A DNA stretch of 64,000 bases from Octopus vulgaris (GCA_951406725.2 OX597829.1:56606001-56670000), one strand, 5' to 3'. Positions 1 through 10,974 are shown, numbered from the stretch's first letter. Notes: generated from the sequence alone by a model not told the origin. A program made the numbers and translations.

Positions 1-520
1 ATGTATTCCAACTTTTTTCAAACGTCTGCCCTTGATCCTTATTGATTGTCATTGAATATGTAAGTCAAAGTGGAAACTGAAGTCTGTTTAGTGAGAATGG
101 AATATCTGCATCACTTGGGCTAAGTTTAATTCTGGGAATTAGAACTGTACGACCTCTGTTGGAGCCATTTACCAATGATGCCTCTGCACAATGTTCATGA
201 AGTCTTTGCACTTTCATGCGAGTTCCATTACATAATCCTTGACCGATTGAAAGATTTCTTGGCAGCATTACAATAGCCCCTACTTTTAAGTTGAGACAAT
301 GAGGAGGCAAACCGGATGGAGTGAGTGAGTTTATGAATTCAAATGGATAGTTCTGAACCTCCTCTTCACTATTGCAGGACACTGAATCTGTGCTTAAGTA
401 CGTTTTAAATGCCTCTGGTATAATATTAGGAACTTTTTCATTTATTGCAAGACAGAATTTTTAGGAGCTAAAATTACTTATTTTTCCATTTCTTCAGGTG
501 TGCATTTGTTGAAAATTTCT
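1..520 (-). mobile_element. Helitron Rep/Hel PIF1-like helicase fragment (pseudogenised)
   Basis: ORF 65..382 reads NSLTPSGLPPHCLNLKVG...RNL...GLCNGTR...LIPRIKL...QFPL. After a TGA it continues LTYSMTINKDQGQTFEKVG. These are C-terminal PIF1/Helitron helicase motifs. Confidence 0.85.
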
Positions 521-1284
521 GGGTACAAATTGAAATGCAAAAGAATGAAATAATAAATGGATTTATGAATGAAAGTTTGATAATTGTGTTTATTTCCACC
601 ACACAACACTTATTGCAAATAAGTTTTAACTAACCTATACTATACACACACACAAATACATACATATATATACGTCTCGAGTCGTAGCTGTAATTCAAAG
701 GGGCCACCCTTGTCTTATTCTGTGTGAGGCTGAATCTTCCCGACAACTTTGTTAATGTTATCCATATATGTGGAGTACTCAACCATTTGTGAGTTAATTT
801 TATACTTGTGTGGTAATGAAAAGTGAAATTGACATCCAATATTTGCTGTGTCTATGTATCTATATATGAACTTTTCTTTGGATTTATGTATTTACTGTCT
901 CACTCACTTTCTCTTCCTTTGTGTCCCTCTTCTCTCATGATTTTGATTTAACAATGTGTATATGTATTTATGTATCTAATTCTCTTCCGATGTGATAAAC
1001 ATTTAAAAACATGAAACAAACGCCATCAGCATTCACTGTCTTTTTCACTCTCTCTCTTTCTCTCTCTTTTTCTTACTTCCTCTCTGTTCTCTTCTCTCTC
1101 GCTTTGCCACTTCTTCGAAGTAAATGTGACCCACACAACAGGTACATACAAAAATAAAAAGTTAGCATATTAATATTATTGATGATAATAAATGTGAGTG
1201 TCATTGTGTCACTGTGTCACACTTTTCCAACTTTACTCCTTGAGGCTGTAGCCCAACATGTCATACCATTTTGGAATCAGGCTG

Positions 1285-1540
1285 ACTCTGTGAATAAATT
1301 AAAAACATTCCAGGCCAAATCCAGACCCATAGTTCTGGAATTTTGGATTCCCAAGTTTTCCTTACTGTGATTGTTTTTGGCAATATTTTTGTAACAAGTT
1401 TTTTAGTACAATAACAATTTTTATAATCTGAAGGTTAACTCTGTGAGTAAATTAAAAACATTCTGGGCCAAATCTGGACCTGCAATACTGAAATTTTGGA
1501 TTCCTATGTTTTCATTACTGCGATTGTTTTAGGAGATTTT
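1285..1540. repeat. Two diverged ~100-bp direct repeats (period ~153 bp)
   Basis: actctgtgaataaattaaaaacattccaggccaaatcc... at 1285 and actctgtgagtaaattaaaaacattctgggccaaatct... at 1438. Confidence 0.75.
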
Positions 1541-1699
1541 ATTTTTAGTTGACTTTTTGCGACGGATATGATCATCATTGGGATATGACCCTGGAGGAAG
1601 CAATTGCAACAAATTCTCCAAAGCAAGTCTGAGATTTGTTTGCAGATCTTCCTGTTCGGGGTTAGTTGCTTAAAAGCTATATACTAGCTTTCAAAGCTA

Positions 1700-1897
1700 G
1701 TATATATATGCATATATATAAATATATACATATAAACATATATATATATATATATATGTGCACACACACAAATGTGTGTGTGTGTGTGTGTATACATATA
1801 TTTGTATATATGTGTATATGTATATATATATATATGTTATATATGTGTATATATATAACATATGTATACATATATATATACACATATATATGTAAAT

Positions 1898-1940
<43 letters not shown>
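1700..1940. repeat. Compound (TA)n/(CA)n/(TG)n microsatellite
   Basis: Directly visible; source of the YI/HT/CV pseudo-ORFs. Confidence 0.95.
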
Positions 1941-3145
1941 AAATAGTAAAAAGTGAAAAAACTACAGAAGGCTTGTTTTAAAAGGTTAAAAAATATATTT
2001 GAGTCATTATGTCAGAAGAATGTTATAAAATTTTTTCATACAGTGACATAGTTTTTGAAGAAATTACCGGTTTCGTGTTAACTTTTCAAATTTCTCAAAA
2101 CATCGTGTTATGTCTTCGTTATGAAGTGCAAAGAAGAGTTCCAGGTAGGGGGAAGTAATAAGCGATTTTTTCCGGTATAAGGGAGATAATCGCTTTATAT
2201 TTCTTTTCCCTTTTATTTAATGGGGTGAATTTCTCTGTATAAGAATGTTAGAGTGGTTAAGTTTGGGCTTATATTTTTCAATGAAGAATGTTTCCTTGTT
2301 TAGTCTAATATGTATATATATATATCAATAGCACATTAATAAAATGGAAAGATTAAAAATTGTGGTAGTAGTTGCTTTGCGCATTTCTCAATGTGCTCAC
2401 TAAAAGGTATCATTCTGTATTCTGGGAATGCAATCTGTTGTCGATGCAGAGTGCACCTACGTCTGAGTGACAGTCCCGTGGACCCCATGTAGTTTTGGTG
2501 GCAGCCCGAGCTTCTTATGGCATAAATTATGTTTTCAGAAGCACAAGTAAAATTAGATTTGATCTTGAATTTTTGTCCCTCTTTGAAAAGGAATTCTGAT
2601 CCTTCTAGAAGATTTGGGCATGTTACGCAGTTTGGTCTACCACATTTTTTTACTTTTGCATCTGTAATTTCAGAAAACAATTTTGCCTTTGTGAGAATCT
2701 TTTTAAGTGATTTAGGTTGTTTGTAGCTTTTAATGATTTTATGTATGTTTAGAATTTCCTTTAATTTGGGGTCCTTATGAAGTATTGGTAAATTCTGGGT
2801 GATGATGGTGAAGGCTTCTTTGTTTCTGGGGTTGTATGTGGATATGTAAGGCAGTATTTTCGGGGAAGGTGTGTTGTTGTGTTGAACTTTTCTCAAAGTT
2901 TCTATGTCACTGTATGAAAAAATTTTATAACATTCTTCTGACATAATGACTCAAATATATTTTTTAACCTTTTAAAACAAGCCTTCTGTAGTCTTTTCAC
3001 TTTTTACTATTTTCTATATATTCAACCACGTGCTTTCACACACCAACTTTCTCACCTATATATAAAAGATGTGAGACCGAAAATGCTGCAGAAGACTAAT
3101 ACCTCGGATAAGTATGAGGACATACTTAAAGAACTTAAAAATATT
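1937..3145 (-). mobile_element. 5'-truncated Penelope-like retroelement (GIY-YIG endonuclease) with inverted pseudo-LTR
   Basis: ORF 2336..2944 has a Cys-rich linker (KKCGRPNCVTC) and a GIY-YIG-type motif NIIYAI...C...YMGST.LSLRRR..LH. 1937-2051 and 2902-3020 are inverted copies of each other. Confidence 0.85.
2053..2100 (-). ncRNA. Minimal type-I hammerhead ribozyme, U3-A8 core variant
   Basis: Minus strand TTTTGAGAAAT-TTGAAAA-GT TAAC AC-GAAA-CCGG-TA-ATTTCTTCAAAA: 11-bp stem I with one bulge, 2-bp stem II, palindromic stem III, GUA triplet. Confidence 0.7.
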
Positions 3146-3157
3146 AATGCACAACAT

Positions 3158-3319
3158 AGGCGCAGGAGTGGCTGTGTGGTAAGTAGCTTGCTAACCACCA
3201 CATGGTTCTGGGTTCAGTCCCACTGCGTGGCATCTTGGGCAAGTGTCTTCTGCTATAGCCCCGGGCCAACCAATGCCTTGTGAGTGGATTTGGTAGACGG
3301 AAACTGAAAGAAGCCTGTC

Positions 3320-3364
<45 letters not shown>

Positions 3365-3641
3365 TACTTTATTTAAAGCAGCAGAAAATTCAACAAAACC
3401 TGTTACTCTGAGTTTCACGTTGCCGTTCATCGGACAGTTTTTGCTAGAATAGAACCGATATGTCAATTCTATCCAGACTAGTATAAACGCTACACCTTTA
3501 AAAATGGACTTGTTTGATTGGTCCTTTACAAAATAACGGTCAATTTTCGAGCGATAAACAAAAATGAGCTCAAAAAATATATATATAAAAGGCGGTGCTC
3601 CAGCATGGCCGCAGTCAAAATGACTGAAACAAGTAAAAGAG
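3158..3641 (+). mobile_element. tRNA-derived SINE (family A), interrupted by (TA)n and a probable Penelope terminus fragment
   Basis: A box tggctgtgtgg, B box ggttcagtcc, CORE-like catcttgggcaagtgtc; 3' tail at 3588-3641. Homologous to the complete copy at 26044-26440. Confidence 0.85.
3392..3445 (-). ncRNA. Minimal type-I hammerhead ribozyme, C4 core variant (CCGAUGA)
   Basis: Minus strand AGCAAAAACTGT-CCGATGA-ACG GCAA CGT-GAAA-CTC A GAG-TA-ACAGGTTTTGTT. All three stems pair; stem II is closed by a GNRA loop; GUA triplet. Confidence 0.72.
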
Positions 3642-3674
<33 letters not shown>

Positions 3675-4059
3675 TATAAAATTCGAGGGAAAACCTTACA
3701 TTGAATAAAATACATATTGTCATTAATAAAGGAAATATAATTAATACATGGAAATTAAAATTAAAATGTTAAAATGCATTAAAATATTACACGGCAGTAC
3801 ATATTCATAATAAACTATACATATATACATCAACATACACAGATAGATGCGTACAAACCACATACATATACAGACGTATAAATATAAAGCTAAAATATAC
3901 ATACAAATGCATGTACACATATGCATACGCAATCTAGTTCGCACGCAAAACCACTGTATCTATGAAGACTATAAGCTAAAATCATGGATGGGGAAGGGGC
4001 GTTCTTATTTACGATATAAAGTTGAAGACATGGGTAAGGGAGGGGGGGACGTAAAGTTA

Positions 4060-4985
4060 CAGGACTCTACAAGTGGGCTGAAAAGAATAGCATGCAGTTC
4101 AATGCTGAAAAGTTTCAAGCCTTATGCTATCAGTATGCAAAACTAAATGCAATACCCAATAAATACACTGGCCCTTGAGGGATTGCAATCCCAGAGGCAC
4201 AATCAGTGCGAGACCTGGGTATTTACATGAGTGATGATGCAACCTTTCATGTGCATGTTGCTAAATTGGCAATGAAATGTAGGCGGCTGATCGGATGGAT
4301 TCTTAGAACCTTTAGAACAAGAGACCAGGAAACCATGATGGTCCTCTGGAGGACACTTGTCCTAAGCCACTTTGACTATTGCTCTCAGCTATGGTCACCA
4401 ACCAGTGTCAAATTGATCACAGAACTTGAGGCGATCCAATGAAGCTACACGAAGAAGATAGCCTCTGTGCAGCATATAAGCTACTGGGAAAGACTCAAGA
4501 GATTAAGACTCTATTCCTTAGAGCGTAGGTGAGAAAGATATGCCATAATATACATCTGGAAGATCCTGGAAAGAGTTGTCCCAAACTTTGGCATCAAGAG
4601 TTACACAAATACTAGAACTGGGCGCCACTGCATAGTGCCAAGGACTCCAAATATGCCATCAAGATGTAGGACAAGATACTGTGATAGCCTGGGCTTCAGA
4701 GGTCCACAGCTCTTCAATATCCTCCCGAGGGACCTGAGAGACCTGCATGGGGTGGATGCAGATGTCTTTAAAATAAAGCTGGACCTATTCCTGTTAGGTA
4801 TCCCAGATGAACCAACTTCACGGCAGGAGGTGCAGATGAGGGCAGCTGCATCGAACTCTCTCATGCACCAAATGTCAATTGCTAAAAAGCATTCATGGAG
4901 TAAAATCATGTAGCAACACTGAATGGCGGTGCCCCAGCATGGCCACAGCTCGTGAGCTGAAACTAGATAAAATGATGAAAATGAA
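4060..4985 (+). mobile_element. CR1/L2-type LINE 3' fragment (RT C-terminus + 3' UTR), degenerate
   Basis: RDLGIYMS...WILRTF...LSHFDYCSQLWSP...LEAIQ and RGPQLFNILP motifs with in-frame stops; ends in a hairpin plus atga-type tail. Confidence 0.85.
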
Positions 4986-5018
4986 TATATATATATACAT
5001 ATACATATATATATATGT

Positions 5019-5115
<97 letters not shown>

Positions 5116-5120
5116 CATAC
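4985..5120. repeat. (TA)n/(CATA)n microsatellite
   Basis: Directly visible. Confidence 0.95.
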
Positions 5121-5280
5121 ATCATCATCATCATTTAGCATCCGCTTTCCATGCTAGCATGGGTTGGACGGTTCAACTGGGGTCTGTGAAGCCAGAAGGC
5201 TGCATCAGGCCCAGTCTGATCTGGCAGTGTTTCTACAGCTGGATGCCCTTCCTAACGCCAACCACTCCGTGAGTGTAGTG

Positions 5281-5615
5281 GGTGCTTTTTACGTGCCACC
5301 GGCACGGGGGCCAGGCGAGGCTGGCAACGGCCACGATCGGATAGTGCTTTTTACGTGCCACCGAACAGGGGCCAGGCCAGACCGGCAACAGCCACAAACG
5401 GATGGAGCTTTTACGTGCCACCGGCACGGGGGCCAGGCGAGACTGGCAACGGCCACAAACGGATGGTGCTACGTGCCACCGGCACGGGGGCCAGGCGAGG
5501 CTGGCAACAGCCACGAACGGATGGTGCTTTTTACATGCCACCAGCACGGAGGCCAGTCGGGGCGGTGCTGTCAATGGTCATGATCGGATGGTTTGCTTAC
5601 TTGTCACCGGCACTG
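5281..5615. repeat. ~60-bp GC-rich tandem repeat (about 5 units) in the RTE 3' UTR
   Basis: Unit approximately gtgctttttacgtgccaccggcacgggggccaggcgaggctggcaacggccacgatcggat. Confidence 0.9.
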
Positions 5616-5827
5616 GTATCACAGCTGCAATTTCCATTGATGTTGATCAACTTCGATTTTGGTTCTGCTTTCTGATATCTGATTTGATTTTGATTTTGAT
5701 TTTTTGATGTTTTGATTTTCACTTGCCTTAAAGGGTCTTCACAAGTGGAGTTTTGTGTCCCAAGAAAGAAAGGTATGTATAAGTCGACTGGCTACATACC
5801 AGGTAGAGGCCACGGGTTATGGTCTCA

Positions 5828-8800
5828 CTAGTCTTGCCGGGTCTTCTCACGCACAGCATACTTCCATAGGTCTCGGTCTCTAGTCATTTCCTTGTTGAGA
5901 CCTAAGGTTCGAAGGTCGTGCTTCACCACCTCATCCCAGGTTTTCCTGGGTCTACCTCTTCCACAGGTTCCCTCAACTGCTAAGTTGTGGCACTTTTGCA
6001 CACAACTATCTTCAGCCATTCTCGTCACATGACCATACCAGCGCAAACGTCTCTCTAGCACACCACAACTGATGCTTCTTAGGTTCAACTTTTCTCTCAA
6101 GGTAGTTACACTCTGTCGATTATGAACGCTGACATTACACATCCATCGGAGCATACTGGCTTCATTTCTTGCAAGCTTACGCATATCCTCAGCAGTCACA
6201 GCCCATATTTCACTACCATGTAGCATGGCTGTACGTACACATGCATCATACAGTCTGCCTTTTACTCTGAGCGAGAGGCATTTTGTCACCAGCAGGGGTA
6301 AGAGCTCTCTACACTTTGCCCAGGCTATTACTCTAGCAGTTACACTTTCAGCACCCCCACCCCCGCTACTGACTTGGTCACCTAGGTAGCGGAAGCTATC
6401 AACTACTTCTAGTTTTTCTCCCTGGAACGTGGTAGAAGTTGGTCTCTGCACATTTTCAGTGTTTATTGCTCCTGAGCATCTGCCACAGACAAAAGCTATT
6501 TTCCTAGTTAGTCTTCCTTTGACATTGCTGCACCTCTTATGTGTCCATAGCTTACACTTGGTGCACCTTATGGAGTTTCTGCCTACACCTTTTTTACAGA
6601 TCGAGCAGGGCCATCTACCTGAAGGCGTTTGTGATTGGTCTATCTTCCTACTTATTAGGACTTTGGTTTTGGCTAGGTTGATTCTAAGGCCCTTCGATTC
6701 TAAACTTTGCTTCCACACCTGAAACTTCTCCTCCAGTTCTGATAGTGACTCAGCAATTAGAGCAAGGTCATCAGCATAGAGGAGCTCCCAGGAACATCCT
6801 GTCTTGAATTCCTCCGTTATTGCCTGGAGGACTATGATAAATAGGAGGGGACTGAGGACTGAACCTTGGTGGACCCCAACCTCTACCCGGAATTCTTCAC
6901 TGTACTCGTTGCCAACGCTCACCTTACTAGCAGCGTCTCTGTACATGGCTCGCACAGCTCTCACTAACCATTCATCTATCCCTAGTTTCCTCATTGACCA
7001 CCAGATAAGGGATCGGGGGACCCTGTCGAAGGCTTTCTCCATGTCAACAAAAGCCAGGTACAGGGGCTTATCTTTGGCTAGGTATTTCTCCTGCAGCTGT
7101 CTTACCAGGAATATAGCATCAGCAGTACTTTTCCCTGGCACGAACCCAAACTGCATCTCATCTAAGCTAACTCTCTCTCTAATTAGTTGGGCTATAACCC
7201 TCTCTGTAACCTTCATTACCTGATCCAACAGCTTGATACCCCTGTAGTTATTTGTATCTAGGGCGTCACCCTTACCTTTGTAGCAGTTGACTATTAAGCT
7301 GCTACACCACTCATTGGGTATGACTCCTTCGTGTATCACCTGGTTAACTATACGGGTGACTAGGCTATAGCCGACTCTACCAGATATTTTGAGCATCTCT
7401 GCAGTAATTCCTGATGGGCCTGGGGCTTTCCTTGTTTTCATGCTTGTAATTGCCTTAACTACTAAGGAACTGTCAACTCAGATTGCTGGTCCCTCTGTTG
7501 GGTCGACATTTGGCAGACTCTCTTTATCCCATTCCTTTTCCTCATTCAGCAACCTTTCATAATGGTGTCTCCAAACCTCTCTCTTTGCATCCTCATTTAG
7601 CGCAAGTGAACCGTCATCCTTGCGAACACATTTCTCTCCTATCACGTCACGATTCTCTCTCACACACTGTCTTGCAACATGAAATACCTCAAGTCTTTCA
7701 TCCTCCCGGCGCAGGACATTGGCAAATTTTTTCTTATCTGCTTCCCCTCTGGCTAAATACACCTGCCTCCTAGCTTCCCTTCTGGCAGTCTGATACACTT
7801 CCCTGCTACCACCGTTCTTCCAGTCCTTCCAAGCCTGTTTCTTTTCTCTAATAGCCCTGTCAACAATATTGTTCCACCACCACGTTATTTTGGATTAGGA
7901 GGGGACTTTGCACCAGCCACAGATCTGGTCAGTGGCTTTCAGCAGGTTGTCCCTTAGAAGCGTCCAGTTGTCTTCTACCCCATGTGTAGCTATACCCCCT
8001 TCTATTTCGTCAAAGGCTTCAAGTAAAATGTCTCTAAATCTCTGTCCATTCACAGGGTCTTTAAGCTTCCAGACCCTTCTTCTCCATGTTGGTCGTCTTC
8101 TAGTCGTCCTCTTAGTCCTGATCCTAAAGTCACTAACTACCAGTCTATGTTGTGGGGTACATTCTTCGCCTGGGAAGGTTTTGGCATTTATAAGCAGCCA
8201 TCTTTCCTTTTTTCTGGCAAGGATGTAGTCGATTTGGCTAGTATGCCGGCCTGATCGGTAGGTGACCAGGTGGCTTGTCGGTTTCCTGGAGTTAGTGTTG
8301 CAAACCATAAGACTATTCGCATTGCAGAACTACAGCAGCCTGGTTCCCTCCTCATTGCGGGAACCATAACCGTAGCCTCCATGTACGCCATGGAAGCCCC
8401 CAGCATATCGTCCAACATGCCCATTGAAGTCACCAGCCACAAAGAGAAGGTCCCTGTCATTCGTCAATGAGGTGGTCTGCAGTAGGGTGTCATAGAAACG
8501 ATCTTTCTGTCCATCGGGTAGCCCTGGCTGAGGGGCATAGGCCGATATAATAGTTGCTAAACTATGATGGAGCACTAATCTAATCTTAAGTATTCTGTCA
8601 CATACTCTGACTACCTCGATTACCTTATCTACCCATTTTTCTGCGATAAGTATACCCACGCCCCCGACCCCATCAGTATTCCCAGCCCAGAAAATCTCGT
8701 ACCTCCGTCCTTTGCCTGTGAGGAACCTAGCAGAACCTCCTCTCCACCTCACTTCTTGAATACAGCATATATCGACACACCTCCATTCAAGCAATTCAAT

Positions 8801-8929
8801 GATCTCGCCAGATCTGCCTTTCAGTGTGCCAACGTTGAGGGTGCCAACCCTGAGAGTGTGGGAGGAATTGGCCCTAGTAGCATCATGAACCTGAAAAGAA
8901 AACTCGCGTTTGGCAGGATTCATAGACAA
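5828..8929 (-). pseudogene. RTE endonuclease/reverse transcriptase ORF (~1034 codons) with three in-frame stops and an internal PHD-type zinc finger
   Basis: ORF pieces 8929-8330, 8308-7895, 7798-7478 and 7441-5828 are all in one frame. Stops: TAG (8330), TAA (7895), TGA (7478). Confidence 0.9.
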
Positions 8930-9339
8930 ACAATAAAACTCAAATTCAAACCGCGTACACTACACTAACATATCTTGCAATGAATGACCACTAGCTTTTA
9001 TGGAAGGAGGTGGGGGTGGCATAAGACTTTGTAGTGTACATGGGAGATAACAAGGAAGAGAAAATTTAGGACTTCCTGTACCGGTGGAGGGCAGGTGCAC
9101 ACATATATATATATATATACATACATACACACATGTTTTCTCTGTCTCACTTCCTCCTCACCCACTACTACGAAACTATAAAATGTTCAAACTCCCCACA
9201 ACTGATTTGATTTGAAAAGCCCACTAGAATGGGAGAAAGCGCTAATCCGAATGATATGATATGATATATATGTAAAAAATGTAATATATAAATAAATATC
9301 TACAAATATGAACCATCTGATCTGATTACCTCATTTTTT

Positions 9340-10217
9340 CTAATATACATACATATATACATATACATACATATATATATATACATACATGCATACATAT
9401 ATATATATACATACATACATGCATACATATATATATATACATACATGCATGCATGCATACATACATATATATATATATACATACATGCATGCATACATAT
9501 ATATATATATATACATACATGCATACATATATATATATGTATAAGAAAGAAGAATGCAAAGGAACACTGATGTGGTCACAGGAGTGTGACAAAAGAACTC
9601 TGGCCGAAATAAGATTAAGTTTAATGTAAAAAATAAATAACACTGAAGCAAAATAACACCAAATATATAGTGCGTGTGTTTTTATTGGCTAAACTGGCAA
9701 AATGACCATTCCGAAATACAACAATATACATACATACATACATATATATATATACATATATAAATATACATATATATATACATATTTATATACATATATA
9801 TATATGTACATATACATATTTATATATACATATTTACATACATATACATATATATATACATATTTACATACATATACATATATATATACATATTTACATA
9901 CATATATATACATATATATATATATATACATATTTACATACATATACATACATATACATATATATACATATATATATATATATATACATATTTACATACA
10001 TATACATATACATATTTACATACATATACATATATATATATACATATTTACATACATATACATATATATACATATATATATACATATTTACATACATATA
10101 CATATATATATATACATATTTACATACATATACATATATATACATATATATATACATATTTACATACATATACATATACATATATATATACATATTTATA
10201 CACATATACATATATAT
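9340..10217. repeat. Long compound TA/CATA microsatellites with higher-order units (tgcatacata; catatttacatacatata)
   Basis: Directly visible; two blocks at 9340-9542 and 9722-10217. Confidence 0.9.
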
Positions 10218-10775
10218 GAGAAATGAATCCAGTATGCTCTGATGGATGTGTAATGTCAGTGTTCATACTCGACAGAGTGTAAGTACCTTGAGAGAAAAGT
10301 TGGACCTGAGAAGCATCAGATGTGGTGTGCAAGAGAGATGACTGCGCTGGTATGGTATGGTCATGTGGTGAGAATGGATGAGGATAGCTGTGTGAAAAAG
10401 TCCCACACCCTAGTGATTGAGGGAACCTGTGGAATAGGTAGACCCATGAAGACTTGGGATGAGGTGGTGAAGCACGACCTTCAAACATTAGGCCTCACCG
10501 AAGAAATGACTAGTGACTGAGACCTTTGGAAATATGCTGTGCATGAGAAGACCCGGCAGGACAAGTGAGACCATAACCCATGTCCTTTACCAGGGATGTA
10601 ACCAACCCACTTATGCATACCTTTCTTTCTTTGGACGCCAAACTCTGCTTGCGAAGATCTGTTGAGGTAAGTGAAATCAAAATTCAACCAAATTTGTCGA
10701 ATGTCACCCATGCTAACCTCCCTTCACTGGACACTAAATCTCTGTTGGGGATAGTGGTTGGCGTTAGGAAGGGCC
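10218..10775 (+). mobile_element. RTE LINE 3' fragment
   Basis: WYGHVVRMDEDSCVKK...GRPMKTWDEVVKHDL; highly similar to 5740-6170 in the opposite orientation. Confidence 0.9.
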
Positions 10776-10935
10776 CAAACTAATTTTTGTTGTTGGGGAG
10801 AAAGATGAATGATTTAAAATAAATATATCTTAATTGTAGTGTGAGAAAGTATATATATTCTGATGATAAAATATATTATCTTTCAAAAACATCCCAAATT
10901 TATAGACTATATCGTGTATGTTTAAGAAATGGTTC

Positions 10936-10974
<39 letters not shown>

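Larger units (their letters stand above)
5121..9100 (-). mobile_element. Near full-length RTE-clade LINE (single APE-RT ORF, GC-rich VNTR 3' UTR, (GAT)n tail)
   Basis: APE motifs (GTLNVGTL, CIQE, SAYAP, AGDFNGH, SQIDY, QHRLV) and RT motifs (NYRGI, QFGF, DMEKAFDRV, GVHQGSVLSP, YADD, FRYLG), ending RGRPRKTW. Both ends abut microsatellite. Confidence 0.95.

Noticed and set aside
1666-1941. YI/HT/CV-rich ORFs here and at 4600-5270, 9300-10230, 13520-14790 and 16050-16960
   Set aside because: Translations of stop-free (TA)n/(CA)n microsatellites; not genes.
5164-5707. Overlapping 100-139 aa ORFs and a CRISPR-like look of the 60-bp repeats
   Set aside because: GC-rich VNTR of the RTE 3' UTR; whole units repeat with no unique spacers, and the context is eukaryotic.
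6429-8470. Plus-strand ORFs over the RTE
   Set aside because: Antisense shadows of the RTE ORF with no recognisable motifs.
9040-9100. Possible HDV-like ribozyme at the RTE 5' end
   Set aside because: Known for some RTEs, but I could not assemble P1/P2/P3/P1.1 convincingly by eye.
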